Below are positions 30,821-39,818 of a DNA stretch of 64,000 nucleotides, piece after piece. Each line of letters opens with the position of its first letter. Within the stretch, counting starts at the first letter, position 1. This DNA is from an uncultured Planctomycetota bacterium (GTDB lineage Bacteria > Planctomycetota > Phycisphaerae > Tepidisphaerales > Tepidisphaeraceae): positions 800,001 to 864,000 of the forward strand of contig CAWJEN010000006.1 in the NCBI GenBank assembly GCA_963841915.1, in the 5' to 3' direction. The notes beneath the pieces were generated by a model, which saw nothing but the letters and a program-made list of their open reading frames with translations, searched no databases and had not been told where the DNA came from. The translations under genes were made by a program, and so were the position numbers.

Positions 30821-31858
30821 GTGGGCACCTCTGCCCATCCCGCCGCCGACCCGGCCTGTGCGGCCGAGCAGGCCGACCTGACCTACGTCACGCACGACCA
30901 GCCGGGTATCACCCGCCGCAAGTTCGGCCGCGGGTTTGCGTTCTACGGGCCGGACGGCGAAAAGATTTCCGATCAGGCAGAGATCGACCGCCTCAACGCC
31001 ATGGCCATTCCGCCTGCTTACGCAGAGGTCTGGATCTGTGCCGATCCTCGCGGCCACCTGCAAGCCGTCGGCATCGACGACCGCGGCAGAAAGCAGTACC
31101 GCTACCACGAGGAATGGGCCCGCGTCCGCGATCTGGCCAAGTTCCACAAGCTCTGCGCCTTCGGCCGCGCGTTGCCGAGCCTGCGCCGCCGCGTCGCCAA
31201 AGATCTCAAGCTGCCGGGCCTGCCCCGCGACAAGGTGTTGGCCGCGTGCGTCCGCCTGCTCGACGAAACCTTCATCCGCGTCGGCAACGCCGACTATGCC
31301 AAGAGCAACGGCTCGTTCGGCCTGACGACGCTCCAGGACAGCCACGCCGCCTTCAAGAAAGGCGTCGTCCGCTTCGAGTTCACCGCAAAGAGCGGGCTCG
31401 ATCGCGAACTTGAAGTCCGCGACAGCCGCCTCGCCAAGATCATCAAGTCCAGCCAGGACCTGCCGGGCGAGGAACTGCTCCAGTACCTCGATGACGCCGG
31501 AAACGTCCACGACATCGGCAGCGCCGACGTCAACGCCCATCTGCGAGATCTCATGGGCGACGGCTTCACCGCCAAGGATTTCCGCACCTGGCACGCCACC
31601 GTCCTCGCCGCCGGTGAACTACGCGGCGTCGAACTCGCCTCGAGCAAGACGGCCATCAACAAGCAGGTCGTCGCAGCCATCGACGCGGTCGCCGAGCAGC
31701 TCGGCAACACCCGCAGCGTCTGCCGCAAGTGCTACGTCGATCCACGCGTCATCGAAGCGTTCGAAGATGCCACGCTGGAGGACGCCTTTACCAACGCACC
31801 GGCGACGCGGGGCCTGCGCATCGACGAGCGGGCCGTGCTGCAACTGTTGGAGCGTTAG
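30821..31858 (+). CDS. Bacterial DNA topoisomerase IB (start 30821 or 30797)
   Basis: IPPAYAEVWIC, GRKQYRYH, IRVGN..Y, AKDFRTW, LGNT..VCRKCYV (catalytic Tyr). Confidence 0.92.
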   Translation: MGTSAHPAADPACAAEQADLTYVTHDQPGITRRKFGRGFAFYGPDGEKISDQAEIDRLNAMAIPPAYAEVWICADPRGHLQAVGIDDRGRKQYRYHEEWARVRDLAKFHKLCAFGRALPSLRRRVAKDLKLPGLPRDKVLAACVRLLDETFIRVGNADYAKSNGSFGLTTLQDSHAAFKKGVVRFEFTAKSGLDRELEVRDSRLAKIIKSSQDLPGEELLQYLDDAGNVHDIGSADVNAHLRDLMGDGFTAKDFRTWHATVLAAGELRGVELASSKTAINKQVVAAIDAVAEQLGNTRSVCRKCYVDPRVIEAFEDATLEDAFTNAPATRGLRIDERAVLQLLER

Positions 31859-31903
31859 ACCTCGCCGCTCTGAACACTTCGACGGATGCGGCACCCATCA
31901 TCC

Positions 31904-31931
31904 GCCCCTCGCCCCTCGCCCCTCGCTCCTC
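31904..31931. repeat. Tandem heptamer (GCCCCTC)x3 plus one degenerate copy
   Basis: gcccctc gcccctc gcccctc gctcctc in the intergenic gap between convergent genes. Confidence 0.6.
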
Positions 31932-31942
31932 GTCCGTTCCAA

Positions 31943-32317
31943 TCACGCCGGTGGCTGAACCACGTTCTGTGACACTTCAGCAGTCTCGACCGCCGCATCG
32001 ACGGCGTCTGACTCCTGCGGCTCGGCCTTCGCGTCGTCCTGGTTGGCGTGCTTCAGGTCGTCGGCCACGTGCTCGTAAACCGTCGCCAGGAATCCCAGCA
32101 AACGAAACTTCGTCCGCGCGCTCCGCTCGAAAGGCGGGCGGCCGAGCTTTTGCAAGGCATTGTCACGTCCCAGCGGCGTCGGGTTGTCGAGCGCGGACAA
32201 ACCACTGCCGCCCGTCGTGAAGGTCGACGGCGTGCCGAGACTTTCCGACAGGTCGATCATGACCTCGTCTTCGTCCTCGAGGTCGTGCAGGTCGATGTCG
32301 TCGGTCATGTCGCTCAT
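31943..32317 (-). CDS. Acidic hypothetical protein coupled to the SNF2 gene
   Basis: ATGA overlap with the SNF2 stop; 124 aa. Confidence 0.65.
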   Translation of the reverse strand: MSDMTDDIDLHDLEDEDEVMIDLSESLGTPSTFTTGGSGLSALDNPTPLGRDNALQKLGRPPFERSARTKFRLLGFLATVYEHVADDLKHANQDDAKAEPQESDAVDAAVETAEVSQNVVQPPA

Positions 32318-35300
32318 GCGGCCTCCGCGTCGGGGATCAAGTCATCGTCGTCGTCGTCCATCATCGACGCCTCGAAGTCGGCCGCGGCGGCATCGGCGGC
32401 CGACTGGCCCTTCCTCGCCTGCGGGCCGAAGCTGTCCCGGCTCAGCGACAGGTACTCTTTCAGCTCGCCTGTCGACAACTCCGTCAGCCATTCGTCTCCG
32501 CTGCCGACGATGTTCTGGGCAAGGGCCGTCTTTTCGGCCAGCATCTTGTCGATGCGTTCCTCGACGGTGCCAAGCGTGACGAACTTGTGCACCTGCACGC
32601 GTTTCGTCTGGCCGATGCGGTAGGCCCGGTCGGTCGCCTGGTTTTCGACGGCCGGGTTCCACCAGCGGTCGAAGTGGAACACGTGCGTCGCTGCCGTCAG
32701 GTTGAGGCCCAAACCGCCTGCACGCAGGCTCAGCACGAAGATGTCGGCCCCTTCGCCGTGCCTGGTGTTCTGGAAGTTGAGGATCATGTCCTCGCGTTTG
32801 GGCTGGGGCGTTCCGCCGTGAAGGAACGCCATCGGCCGCCCGAGTCGCTGCTCGAGCATCGCCACCAGCAGATCGCCCATCTTGCGGTACTGCGTGAAGA
32901 TAAGGGCCTTTTCGCCTTCTTCCATGACCTCTTCGAGCATCTCGGCCATCCGGGTCGCCTTGCCGCTGCGGGCAAGCTGCTTCTCGAGCTTGACCGTGTC
33001 GTTCATCGGGTCACCCGTCAACAGGGCCGGGTGGTCGCAGACCTGCTTGAGCTTGGTGAGCACGCTCAAGATCAGTCCGCGCCTGCGGATGCCGCTGGCG
33101 GTATCGATGCGGCCGATCATGTCGCCCGTGATCGTCTCGTACGCCGCCGCCTGTTCCGGCGTCAGGCCGCAGAAGACAGCCATTTCCATCTTCTCGGGCA
33201 GGTCGGCCGCGACTTCGGGCTCGTCCTTGGTCCGCCGCATAATGAACGGCCGGATCATCTCACGCAGCCGCCTGGCCCTGCCGCGATCGCCATGCTTCTC
33301 GATCGGGATGGCGAACCGCTCGCGGAACTCGCCCTGGCTGCCGAGCAGGCCGGGGTTGAGCAGGTCCATGATCGACCACAATTCGCCCAAGTGGTTCTCG
33401 ACCGGCGTACCCGTCAAGGCCACGCGACGCGGCACGTCGAGGCCGCGCACCGCCAGGCTGCTGGCGGCGTTGGGGTTCTTGACCTTCTGCGCCTCATCGA
33501 GCACGACGCGGCCCCACTTGACGCGGCGGAAGTCGTCCTTGTCCCGGTGCGACAACGCGTAGCTCGTGACGACGATGTCGGCCTTGTTGGCCTCTTCCTC
33601 GAAGAACTCGCCACGAAGTCGCCCCGGCCCGTGGTGGGGCAGGACGACCAGCTCCGGCGCGAAACGCGCCAGCTCGCGGCCCCAGTTGCCCAGCACACTC
33701 GTCGGCACAAAGAGCAACGTCGGATCCGGCGGCGGCATCTCGGCTGTCTTGTGCTGCGCCCGTTCGTGCTGCAGGAGGGCGATCATCTGCACGGTCTTGC
33801 CCAGACCCATGTCGTCGGCCAGAACGCCACCGAGGCCGAGGCGGTCGAGGAAGGCGAGCCATTGCAAGCCGCGAAGCTGGTACGGTCGCAGCTCGCCCTT
33901 GAACAGTTCAGGTTGCGGTAACGCCTCGGCCTTGCCGGGGACTTGTTCGAGCAGCTCGTCGACCCACTCCATGCCGCTGAGGCGGACGGCCGGCGCGGTG
34001 CCGGCAGCGGTGCGGAACTCGCCCAGGCCGAAGCCGGCGCGGAAGGCTTCTCCCAGCGTCAACTCGCCGGCGGGACGCTTGTCCATCAGCTCGGCCGCAG
34101 CGGCGGCGGCGTCCGGGTCGATTTCGATCCAACGGCCGTCGCGACGCACCAGCGGCTGACCGGCACGCACCAGCGCCCGGAACTCGGCGGCAGTGATCTC
34201 GTCGCCGCCGACCGCGATCCGCCAGTCGAACTTCAGCAACGCCTCCAGGCCCGCCCGGGCGCTCGTGGCCCTGGCGAACGAACCGTCGCCGAAGCCCAGC
34301 GAGTCGTCGGCCGGCCGCAGGTCCATCACCACTTCGACCCGCGCGTCGCGGCTGTTGGCCCACGACGGCATCCGCGCGTCGAACCCCGACTCGTGCAGAA
34401 TCTCGCCCCAGTCCCGCATCATCTTGAAGGCTTCCTCGCCCGTGAGGAACAGGTGCGAGACACGCTCGGGCGCGGTCGCGGCCGACTTGTCAGCGCCGCC
34501 GGCTTCGAGGACGCGGGCCAGCGGCGGCAGGAAGTCGCCCGCACGCCGCAGCTCGGCGGCGAGACGCTCACGCAGACGCACGGCGTTGCGGCCGACGTAG
34601 CCGATGCTGCCGGCCGGCTGGTCCCACACCTGACGCGCCGGCAGCGGGGCGTGCGTATCGGCCATGTCCGGTGGCGGTAGTAGACGCCACGTCAGCGGCC
34701 ATTGATCGTCGTCAAGCTCCTGGGGCACCGCGTGCGGGTCTTCGGCCAGGGCGGCCTCTTCACGTCGGAACGTGCGGGCCTCCTGCGAGTCGGGCTCGAG
34801 CAGCTCAAAGCCGAGCCGCCAGGGCTCGCCGCCGTCGTCGCCGAGGCGGGCGGTCCACGTCTGCACCTTGTCGAGCAGCGTGGCCACTTCGCGGTCGCGC
34901 CCGCCGACAAAGCGGAGCGAAGGTGTCGCGGCGATGGCGTCGGGGTCTCGAACGAGCGTGCTGATCCACTTCACCTCGGCCTCGGCGTCTTCGCGGTCGG
35001 CGCGTTCGTGGACGTTGCTGAAGAACTCGTCCTTGGCCAGGGCTTCGCGGACGAGGCCGTCGCAGCAGGTGTCGAGGAGTTGTTCGACGAGCTCGAGTCG
35101 ATCGGCGACGCGGCCTGCACCTTCGTCGGCACAGAAGCAGACGCCGGGCATGGCGGCGGCGAAGCGCTCGAGTCGCTCGACGTCGCGGCCGTCCCCGACG
35201 AGCAGCCGCCAGCTGGCGATAACGCCTTCGTTGCCGACGTTGTGGGGTCCGCCGCTGAGGTCGCGACGGGCCGAGGGGTAGAACTGTTCGCGGGCGACGG

Positions 35301-35586
35301 CGGCCTCGGCGAACTGCATCAAGCGGCCGAACGCCTGCATGGAGTCCGGGCCGTCTGCCTGGCGGAGCATTGCCAGCAGGTCGCTGCCGCTGACGGCGAC
35401 GGCGGGTTGCTCGCGAAGCGTGTCACGTCCGGGCTCTGCGACGTGGAGCACGTGCTCGGCGTGCAGGGACTGTTCGGTCCACCGCCACAACCGCCCGGCG
35501 TGCCAGGTGGCCTCACCCGCGCCGGCGGCGGGGGTCATGGGGACCACAGGAGCTGAAGATTCGGCGACGGCGGCGGTGTCTTCCAT
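32314..35586 (-). CDS. SNF2/SWI2-family DEAD/DEAH-box helicase-like ATPase
   Basis: LRPYQ, LADDMGLGKT, LDEAQ, LTGTPVEN, LKQVCDHP, GGLGLNLT, WWNPAVENQATDRAYRIGQ. Confidence 0.94.
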   Translation of the reverse strand: MEDTAAVAESSAPVVPMTPAAGAGEATWHAGRLWRWTEQSLHAEHVLHVAEPGRDTLREQPAVAVSGSDLLAMLRQADGPDSMQAFGRLMQFAEAAVAREQFYPSARRDLSGGPHNVGNEGVIASWRLLVGDGRDVERLERFAAAMPGVCFCADEGAGRVADRLELVEQLLDTCCDGLVREALAKDEFFSNVHERADREDAEAEVKWISTLVRDPDAIAATPSLRFVGGRDREVATLLDKVQTWTARLGDDGGEPWRLGFELLEPDSQEARTFRREEAALAEDPHAVPQELDDDQWPLTWRLLPPPDMADTHAPLPARQVWDQPAGSIGYVGRNAVRLRERLAAELRRAGDFLPPLARVLEAGGADKSAATAPERVSHLFLTGEEAFKMMRDWGEILHESGFDARMPSWANSRDARVEVVMDLRPADDSLGFGDGSFARATSARAGLEALLKFDWRIAVGGDEITAAEFRALVRAGQPLVRRDGRWIEIDPDAAAAAAELMDKRPAGELTLGEAFRAGFGLGEFRTAAGTAPAVRLSGMEWVDELLEQVPGKAEALPQPELFKGELRPYQLRGLQWLAFLDRLGLGGVLADDMGLGKTVQMIALLQHERAQHKTAEMPPPDPTLLFVPTSVLGNWGRELARFAPELVVLPHHGPGRLRGEFFEEEANKADIVVTSYALSHRDKDDFRRVKWGRVVLDEAQKVKNPNAASSLAVRGLDVPRRVALTGTPVENHLGELWSIMDLLNPGLLGSQGEFRERFAIPIEKHGDRGRARRLREMIRPFIMRRTKDEPEVAADLPEKMEMAVFCGLTPEQAAAYETITGDMIGRIDTASGIRRRGLILSVLTKLKQVCDHPALLTGDPMNDTVKLEKQLARSGKATRMAEMLEEVMEEGEKALIFTQYRKMGDLLVAMLEQRLGRPMAFLHGGTPQPKREDMILNFQNTRHGEGADIFVLSLRAGGLGLNLTAATHVFHFDRWWNPAVENQATDRAYRIGQTKRVQVHKFVTLGTVEERIDKMLAEKTALAQNIVGSGDEWLTELSTGELKEYLSLSRDSFGPQARKGQSAADAAAADFEASMMDDDDDDLIPDAEAA

Positions 35587-35841
35587 GAGTAGTGCCGCCA
35601 GTGACCCGCCGTTGGGGGCGGGGCGTCTAGCGGAACGGCCACGATAGTCAGGCTCAACCGCCGACGCATTGGCCGATCTGCGGCGATGCGCACCGGCGGC
35701 CGCGGCGGCGCACGTCTTTTAGCGACGCACCACCTACGATGGCCGACGTCCCGCTTCGTAGCAGCACCGTCGGCCGAGTCTGTAACGCGACGTCAAACGC
35801 ATGCACGGCCGACGACCCGCCGACGCAGCCGCGGAGCCGAA

Positions 35842-35857
35842 TGTTCCACGTGGAACA
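35842..35857. promoter_or_regulatory. parS site 1 (ParB-binding palindrome)
   Basis: TGTTCCACGTGGAACA, inside a 28-bp perfect palindrome at 35836-35863. Confidence 0.88.
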
Positions 35858-35908
35858 TTCGGCGAGGACCAGAATACGGGCTGAGCGGCTCCGGCAAGGG
35901 TCGGCCGA

Positions 35909-35924
35909 TGTTCCACGTGGAACA
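35909..35924. promoter_or_regulatory. parS site 2
   Basis: Perfect TGTTCCACGTGGAACA. Confidence 0.88.
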
Positions 35925-36004
35925 AAGCGACGTCGCCGCCCACGCCAACGCCATTTGGCCGCCGCGGCGCAACGCATTTGGCCAATTTTAAAGCTCGCCG
36001 ACGG

Positions 36005-37168
36005 CTAATCGATGATTTTGACGAGGCTGTTGCCCTCGTAGAGCATCTCGTAGACGGCCTCGATGTCGTCGTCGAGCAGGCGGACGCAGCCCATGCTCGC
36101 GTTGGTGCCGATGGTGTCGGGCTCGATGGTGCCGTGGATGCCGTAGGAAGGCTGCCCGAGTGCGTCACCGCCGATGCCGGTGAGGCCGATCCACCGTTCG
36201 CCCAGCGGGTTCTCCGGGTTGTCGGCTGCGTAGACCTCGCTTGTTCGCGGGTTGGTCCACTGCGGGTTCTCGAGCTTGCTGCCGCGGGTCACTTCCCACA
36301 AACCCGTCGGCGTCGAGCTGTCGGCACCAAGGCCCACGGGGTAGGACCAGAGGTACATCGACCCGCTCGTCCCCGGCAGACCGCCGAGGTAAAGGTCGAT
36401 CTCGAACCGGCTCTTGCTGACCGTCGCGTGGATCGGGCCCTTGATGGTCTTAAGCGTCTGGCCCACGCGGATGCGATTGGGCTGGACCCCGTTGATGCGG
36501 GCGATGAACTGATACGGCACATCGAGCGGGCGGGCGATCTTGCTCAGCAGGTCGCCCGACTGAACGGTGTATTCGCCCTGAAAAGGGTCTTCCTTGTACC
36601 GCTTGGTCGGCGTGAAGACGATCACCTGGTTCACGTCGCGCAAACGCTTCTTGACAGCGTCGGCGGTCTCCTCGTCGAGCGTGCCGGATTGCAGGGCATC
36701 ATTGAGCAGCGTGCGGGCGGCGAGCAGGTCACCGGTGCCGGACAACCGGTCGGCTTCTTCGAGGAAGCCCGAAGCCGGCGCGGTGGGCGGCAGGTAGGGC
36801 TCTTCGGCAGCGGGCTCGGCGGCGGAGGTGTCCATCGCTGCGACCTGAGCGTCGGGCTCGTTGGGCTCCTCGGCGGCAAGGTTCCAGTCGTCGTCGGCCG
36901 TCTTCTTGTGCGAGGGCGTCATCGTCCGGACGACGCTCGACGGGATGGCATCTTCCTGCGTGGGCGTCGACTCGACGGCCTTGAGCGTGCCCGTCGGCTG
37001 CGGCTCGGCAGCAGGTGTCTCGTCAGCTTGAGCGACGGCGTTGTCGTCCGAGCCGAACGGGCCGATCAGGTAGAAACCGAAGACGAGCACGCCGACCAGC
37101 AGCAGCGCGACAAGGCCGCGGCTGAGGAGACGACTGCGGGAACGAGACGACGAGCGAAGCAGGGCCAT
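36005..37168 (-). CDS. L,D-transpeptidase (YkuD family) with LysM and N-terminal TM anchor
   Basis: LysM YTVQSGDLLSKIA; catalytic YGIHGT...IGTNASMGCVRL; GGAGG RBS. Confidence 0.9.
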   Translation of the reverse strand: MALLRSSSRSRSRLLSRGLVALLLVGVLVFGFYLIGPFGSDDNAVAQADETPAAEPQPTGTLKAVESTPTQEDAIPSSVVRTMTPSHKKTADDDWNLAAEEPNEPDAQVAAMDTSAAEPAAEEPYLPPTAPASGFLEEADRLSGTGDLLAARTLLNDALQSGTLDEETADAVKKRLRDVNQVIVFTPTKRYKEDPFQGEYTVQSGDLLSKIARPLDVPYQFIARINGVQPNRIRVGQTLKTIKGPIHATVSKSRFEIDLYLGGLPGTSGSMYLWSYPVGLGADSSTPTGLWEVTRGSKLENPQWTNPRTSEVYAADNPENPLGERWIGLTGIGGDALGQPSYGIHGTIEPDTIGTNASMGCVRLLDDDIEAVYEMLYEGNSLVKIID

Positions 37169-37271
37169 AGATGTCACCTCCGTGTGACGATGCGAAGTCG
37201 CCCGCCGAACCGGCGGCGGGCGTTGAGGCAGGCGTTATACCACGTTGAGCCGTCCGGTAAAGTTCGCCGGG

Positions 37272-37287
37272 CGTTCCACGTGGAACA
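37272..37287. promoter_or_regulatory. parS site 3 (one mismatch)
   Basis: CGTTCCACGTGGAACA, intergenic between pyrD and the L,D-transpeptidase. Confidence 0.78.
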
Positions 37288-37294
37288 CCTCCCG

Positions 37295-38261
37295 TCAGAC
37301 GTAGGGCGTTTTGCGTGGTTCGGCCGGTTGGTCGCCGGGCAGTTCCAAGCTGCCGACGAGCTCGGAGAGTCTGTCGACCCCGTGCTTCGTGCAATAGTCG
37401 CTCAGGCCGTCGCAGATGTGGTTGGGCGTGGCCGGATCGACGAACAGGGCCGTCCCGATGGCAACGGCCGAGGCTCCGCAGAGGATGAACTCGAGTGCGT
37501 CCATCCACGTCTGTACGCCGCCCATGCCGACGATGGGCACGCCGTTGTGCCGAGTGACGTTGCGATAGACGCGGCTGACGAGGTGCAGGGCGATCGGCTT
37601 GATGGCCGGCCCGCTGAGCCCGCCGGTGACGTTGGCCAGTCTCGGCTTGCGGGTGTGAACGTCGACGGTCATGGCGGTGAACGTGTTGACGAGCGTGAGC
37701 ACGTCGGCCCCGCCGTCACACGCCGCCTGCGGCCGTCTCACAGATGTCCGGCACGTTCGGCGACAGCTTCACCATCAGCGGCTTGTCGGGTAAGGCGTCC
37801 TTGCAGGCTCGTGTCAGTTCCTTGAGCAGTCTGGCGTCAGTGCCGAAGGTCAGGCCGTCCTTGACGTTGGGGCACGAGACGTTGAGCTCCACGCCACCGA
37901 CGCCGTTGAGGCCGTTCATCGCTCCGACGACTTCGACGTAGTCATCCGTGGCGTGGCCGGCGACGTTGACGACGACCGGGCAGGGCATGGCGTCGATCTG
38001 CGGGAGCTTTTCGGTCATGAAGCGGTCGAGGCCGACGTTGGCCAGTCCGATGGCATTGAGCATGCCGCCGCGCGTTTCGACGATGCGTGCCGGTTCGTTG
38101 CCGGGGCGTTCGTGCCGGGTCACGCTTTTGGTGACGAACGCGCCGAGCGCTGCGAGGTCCATGAAGTCGGCATACTCCGGCCCGTACCCGCAGGTGCCGC
38201 TGCACGTCATGGTGGGGTTCGAGAGCGTGAGGCCGGCGAGATCGGTCGAGAGGTCAGGCAC
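37295..38261 (-). CDS. pyrD: Dihydroorotate dehydrogenase family 1B catalytic subunit, frameshifted near 37730
   Basis: SGTCGYG, GNEPARI, NAIGLAN, ELNVSCPNV, VKLSPN | VNTF, GGLSGPAIKPIA, GMGGV. Confidence 0.9.
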
Positions 38262-38296
38262 GCCCGTTTGTAGGACGGTCAGGAGCCACGAAAGCA

Positions 38297-38324
38297 CAAG
38301 CCGCGCCCGAAGGGGCGCGGCTTG
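38297..38324 (-). terminator. Hairpin terminator downstream of the small basic protein gene
   Basis: Minus strand CAAGCCGCGCCC-CTTC-GGGCGCGGCTTG (contains CUUCGG), followed by TGCTTT. Confidence 0.7.
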
Positions 38325-38350
38325 CGATGGTCTTGGCGAAGAGAAGCGTC

Positions 38351-38578
38351 TTACTTCTTCTTCTTGCCCTTCTTGTCGTCCTCAGCCTCGGGCTTCTTGG
38401 GGGTCTTCTTGCCGACCGAGAGCTTGCGGTTGCTGGTCTTGGGCAGGCCCAGAACGTACGGCTCGTCCTTGTCCACCTTGCCGTTGCCGAGCAGTTGCTC
38501 AAGGCGTTCGCTCTTGGTCAGGACGTTGCGGTGCCGCGTGAGGTTGCTGGCACCTTTGAGGCTGGTGTGAATGCTCAT
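38351..38578 (-). CDS. PVC-superphylum signature small basic protein
   Basis: MSIHTSLK...RHRNVLTKSERLEQL...LGLPK plus Lys-rich tail; GGAGAG RBS. Confidence 0.88.
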   Translation of the reverse strand: MSIHTSLKGASNLTRHRNVLTKSERLEQLLGNGKVDKDEPYVLGLPKTSNRKLSVGKKTPKKPEAEDDKKGKKKK

Positions 38579-38641
38579 AGCGGCTCTCCGGTTCGGGTTC
38601 GTTTCGAGTGGCCCGCACGTTAGGAGGCCAAAGGCGACGCT

Positions 38642-38953
38642 TCAAGCCGCTTTGCCGCGCCAGATCAGCGACTGCTGATTCAACGGCACGAGCGTCGCTC
38701 TGCCGCCGCGCTCGATGTTGCAGGCGATGTCGATCGCCTTCTGGAGCTTGTCAGTCGGGACGACCTTGTACGCCGGCCCTCGACGACGATCGACGTGGTC
38801 GTACCAGCACCCGCCGAACGCGTGATCGAGGCAAACGCGCATGAAGCAGTGGTCGAAGCGAATAGGCCAGTCGCCTGCCGCCGTGGCCAGAGCGGGCAGC
38901 GTCTCCTTCATCAGTCGCAGATAGTCGGCCTCAAGTGCCGCCCGGTCAGACAT
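38642..38953 (-). CDS. Small hypothetical protein (WPIRFDHCF.R..LD motif)
   Basis: 103-aa ORF from ATG 38953; leaderless-type -10 box. Confidence 0.75.
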   Translation of the reverse strand: MSDRAALEADYLRLMKETLPALATAAGDWPIRFDHCFMRVCLDHAFGGCWYDHVDRRRGPAYKVVPTDKLQKAIDIACNIERGGRATLVPLNQQSLIWRGKAA

Positions 38954-38959
38954 GAAGCG

Positions 38960-38969
38960 ACCGTAGCGT
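38960..38969. promoter_or_regulatory. Putative bidirectional promoter, overlapping -10 boxes
   Basis: ACCGTAGCGT gives TAGCGT (+, 6 nt before rsmA TTG) and TACGGT (-, 6 nt before ATG 38953). Confidence 0.6.
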
Positions 38970-38975
38970 AAGCCC

Positions 38976-39818
38976 TTGCCGCAGACGAAACGCGAGATCG
39001 ACGCGATCCTCACCGCCGCCGACATGCGGCCTCGGCACCGGTTCGGGCAGAACTTCATGGTTGAGCCGGCCATCGTCCGTCTCATTGCCGATGCCGGCGA
39101 GATCAGCTCCGGCGAGCAGGTGATCGAAGTCGGCCCGGGTACCGGAACGCTGACGGACGAACTACTGGAGCGTGGGGCGAAGGTGACGGCCGTCGAGATC
39201 GACCGCGACCTCGCCGCCGCCGCCCGCGAGCGGTTTGGCGACCGTGTCGACGTCATCGAAGGAGACGCCTTGGCCGGTAAGCACGAGCTGCACCCGGCCG
39301 TTCATATTGCAGCCAGCAGCGGGGCCAAGCTGGTGGCCAACCTGCCTTACAACATCGCCTCGCCGCTCGTCATTGAGCTGCTCATCGCCGGCAGTCCGCT
39401 GCTGGTCTTTACGGTGCAGAAAGAGGTTGCCGACCGGCTCAGGGCCTCGCCGAGCGACGGCAAGCAGTACGGGCCGCTGAGTGTCGTCGTGCAGTCGCTG
39501 GCGGACGTGGAGGTGCTTCGCACGATCCCACCGACGGCGTTCTGGCCGCCTCCCAAAATTCAATCGAGCCTCGTGCGGCTGAGTCGGAACGTCAAAGTTG
39601 CGGGCGACCTCGCCAGCTTCGGCCGCTTCGTGAGCGTCGCCTTCGGGCAGCGACGCAAGACGATTCGCAAGTCCCTGACCAGCCTGTGCGGCCCGTCGCT
39701 CGACGTCGTCCTCGCAGCGGCACAAGTCACCGGCGACGAACGGGCCGAGCGCCTCACGCCCGAGCAGTACCGGCACATGTTCGCCCGCTATGCCGCCGCT
39801 TCGCCGGGTTCAGGGTAG
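38976..39818 (+). CDS. rsmA: 16S rRNA m6,2A dimethyltransferase
   Basis: RFGQNF, IEVGPGTG, VEIDRDL, VANLPYNI, FWPPPKIQS, FGQRRKTI. Confidence 0.94.
   Translation: MPQTKREIDAILTAADMRPRHRFGQNFMVEPAIVRLIADAGEISSGEQVIEVGPGTGTLTDELLERGAKVTAVEIDRDLAAAARERFGDRVDVIEGDALAGKHELHPAVHIAASSGAKLVANLPYNIASPLVIELLIAGSPLLVFTVQKEVADRLRASPSDGKQYGPLSVVVQSLADVEVLRTIPPTAFWPPPKIQSSLVRLSRNVKVAGDLASFGRFVSVAFGQRRKTIRKSLTSLCGPSLDVVLAAAQVTGDERAERLTPEQYRHMFARYAAASPGSG

Noticed and set aside
30821..31858. Topoisomerase IB as an integrase marking a mobile element
   Set aside because: Motifs are TopIB-specific; no att repeats, tRNA or phage genes nearby
35836..35924. Two palindromic direct repeats 67 bp apart as a mini CRISPR array
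   Set aside because: Only two 16-bp units, no cas genes, and the sequence equals the parS consensus
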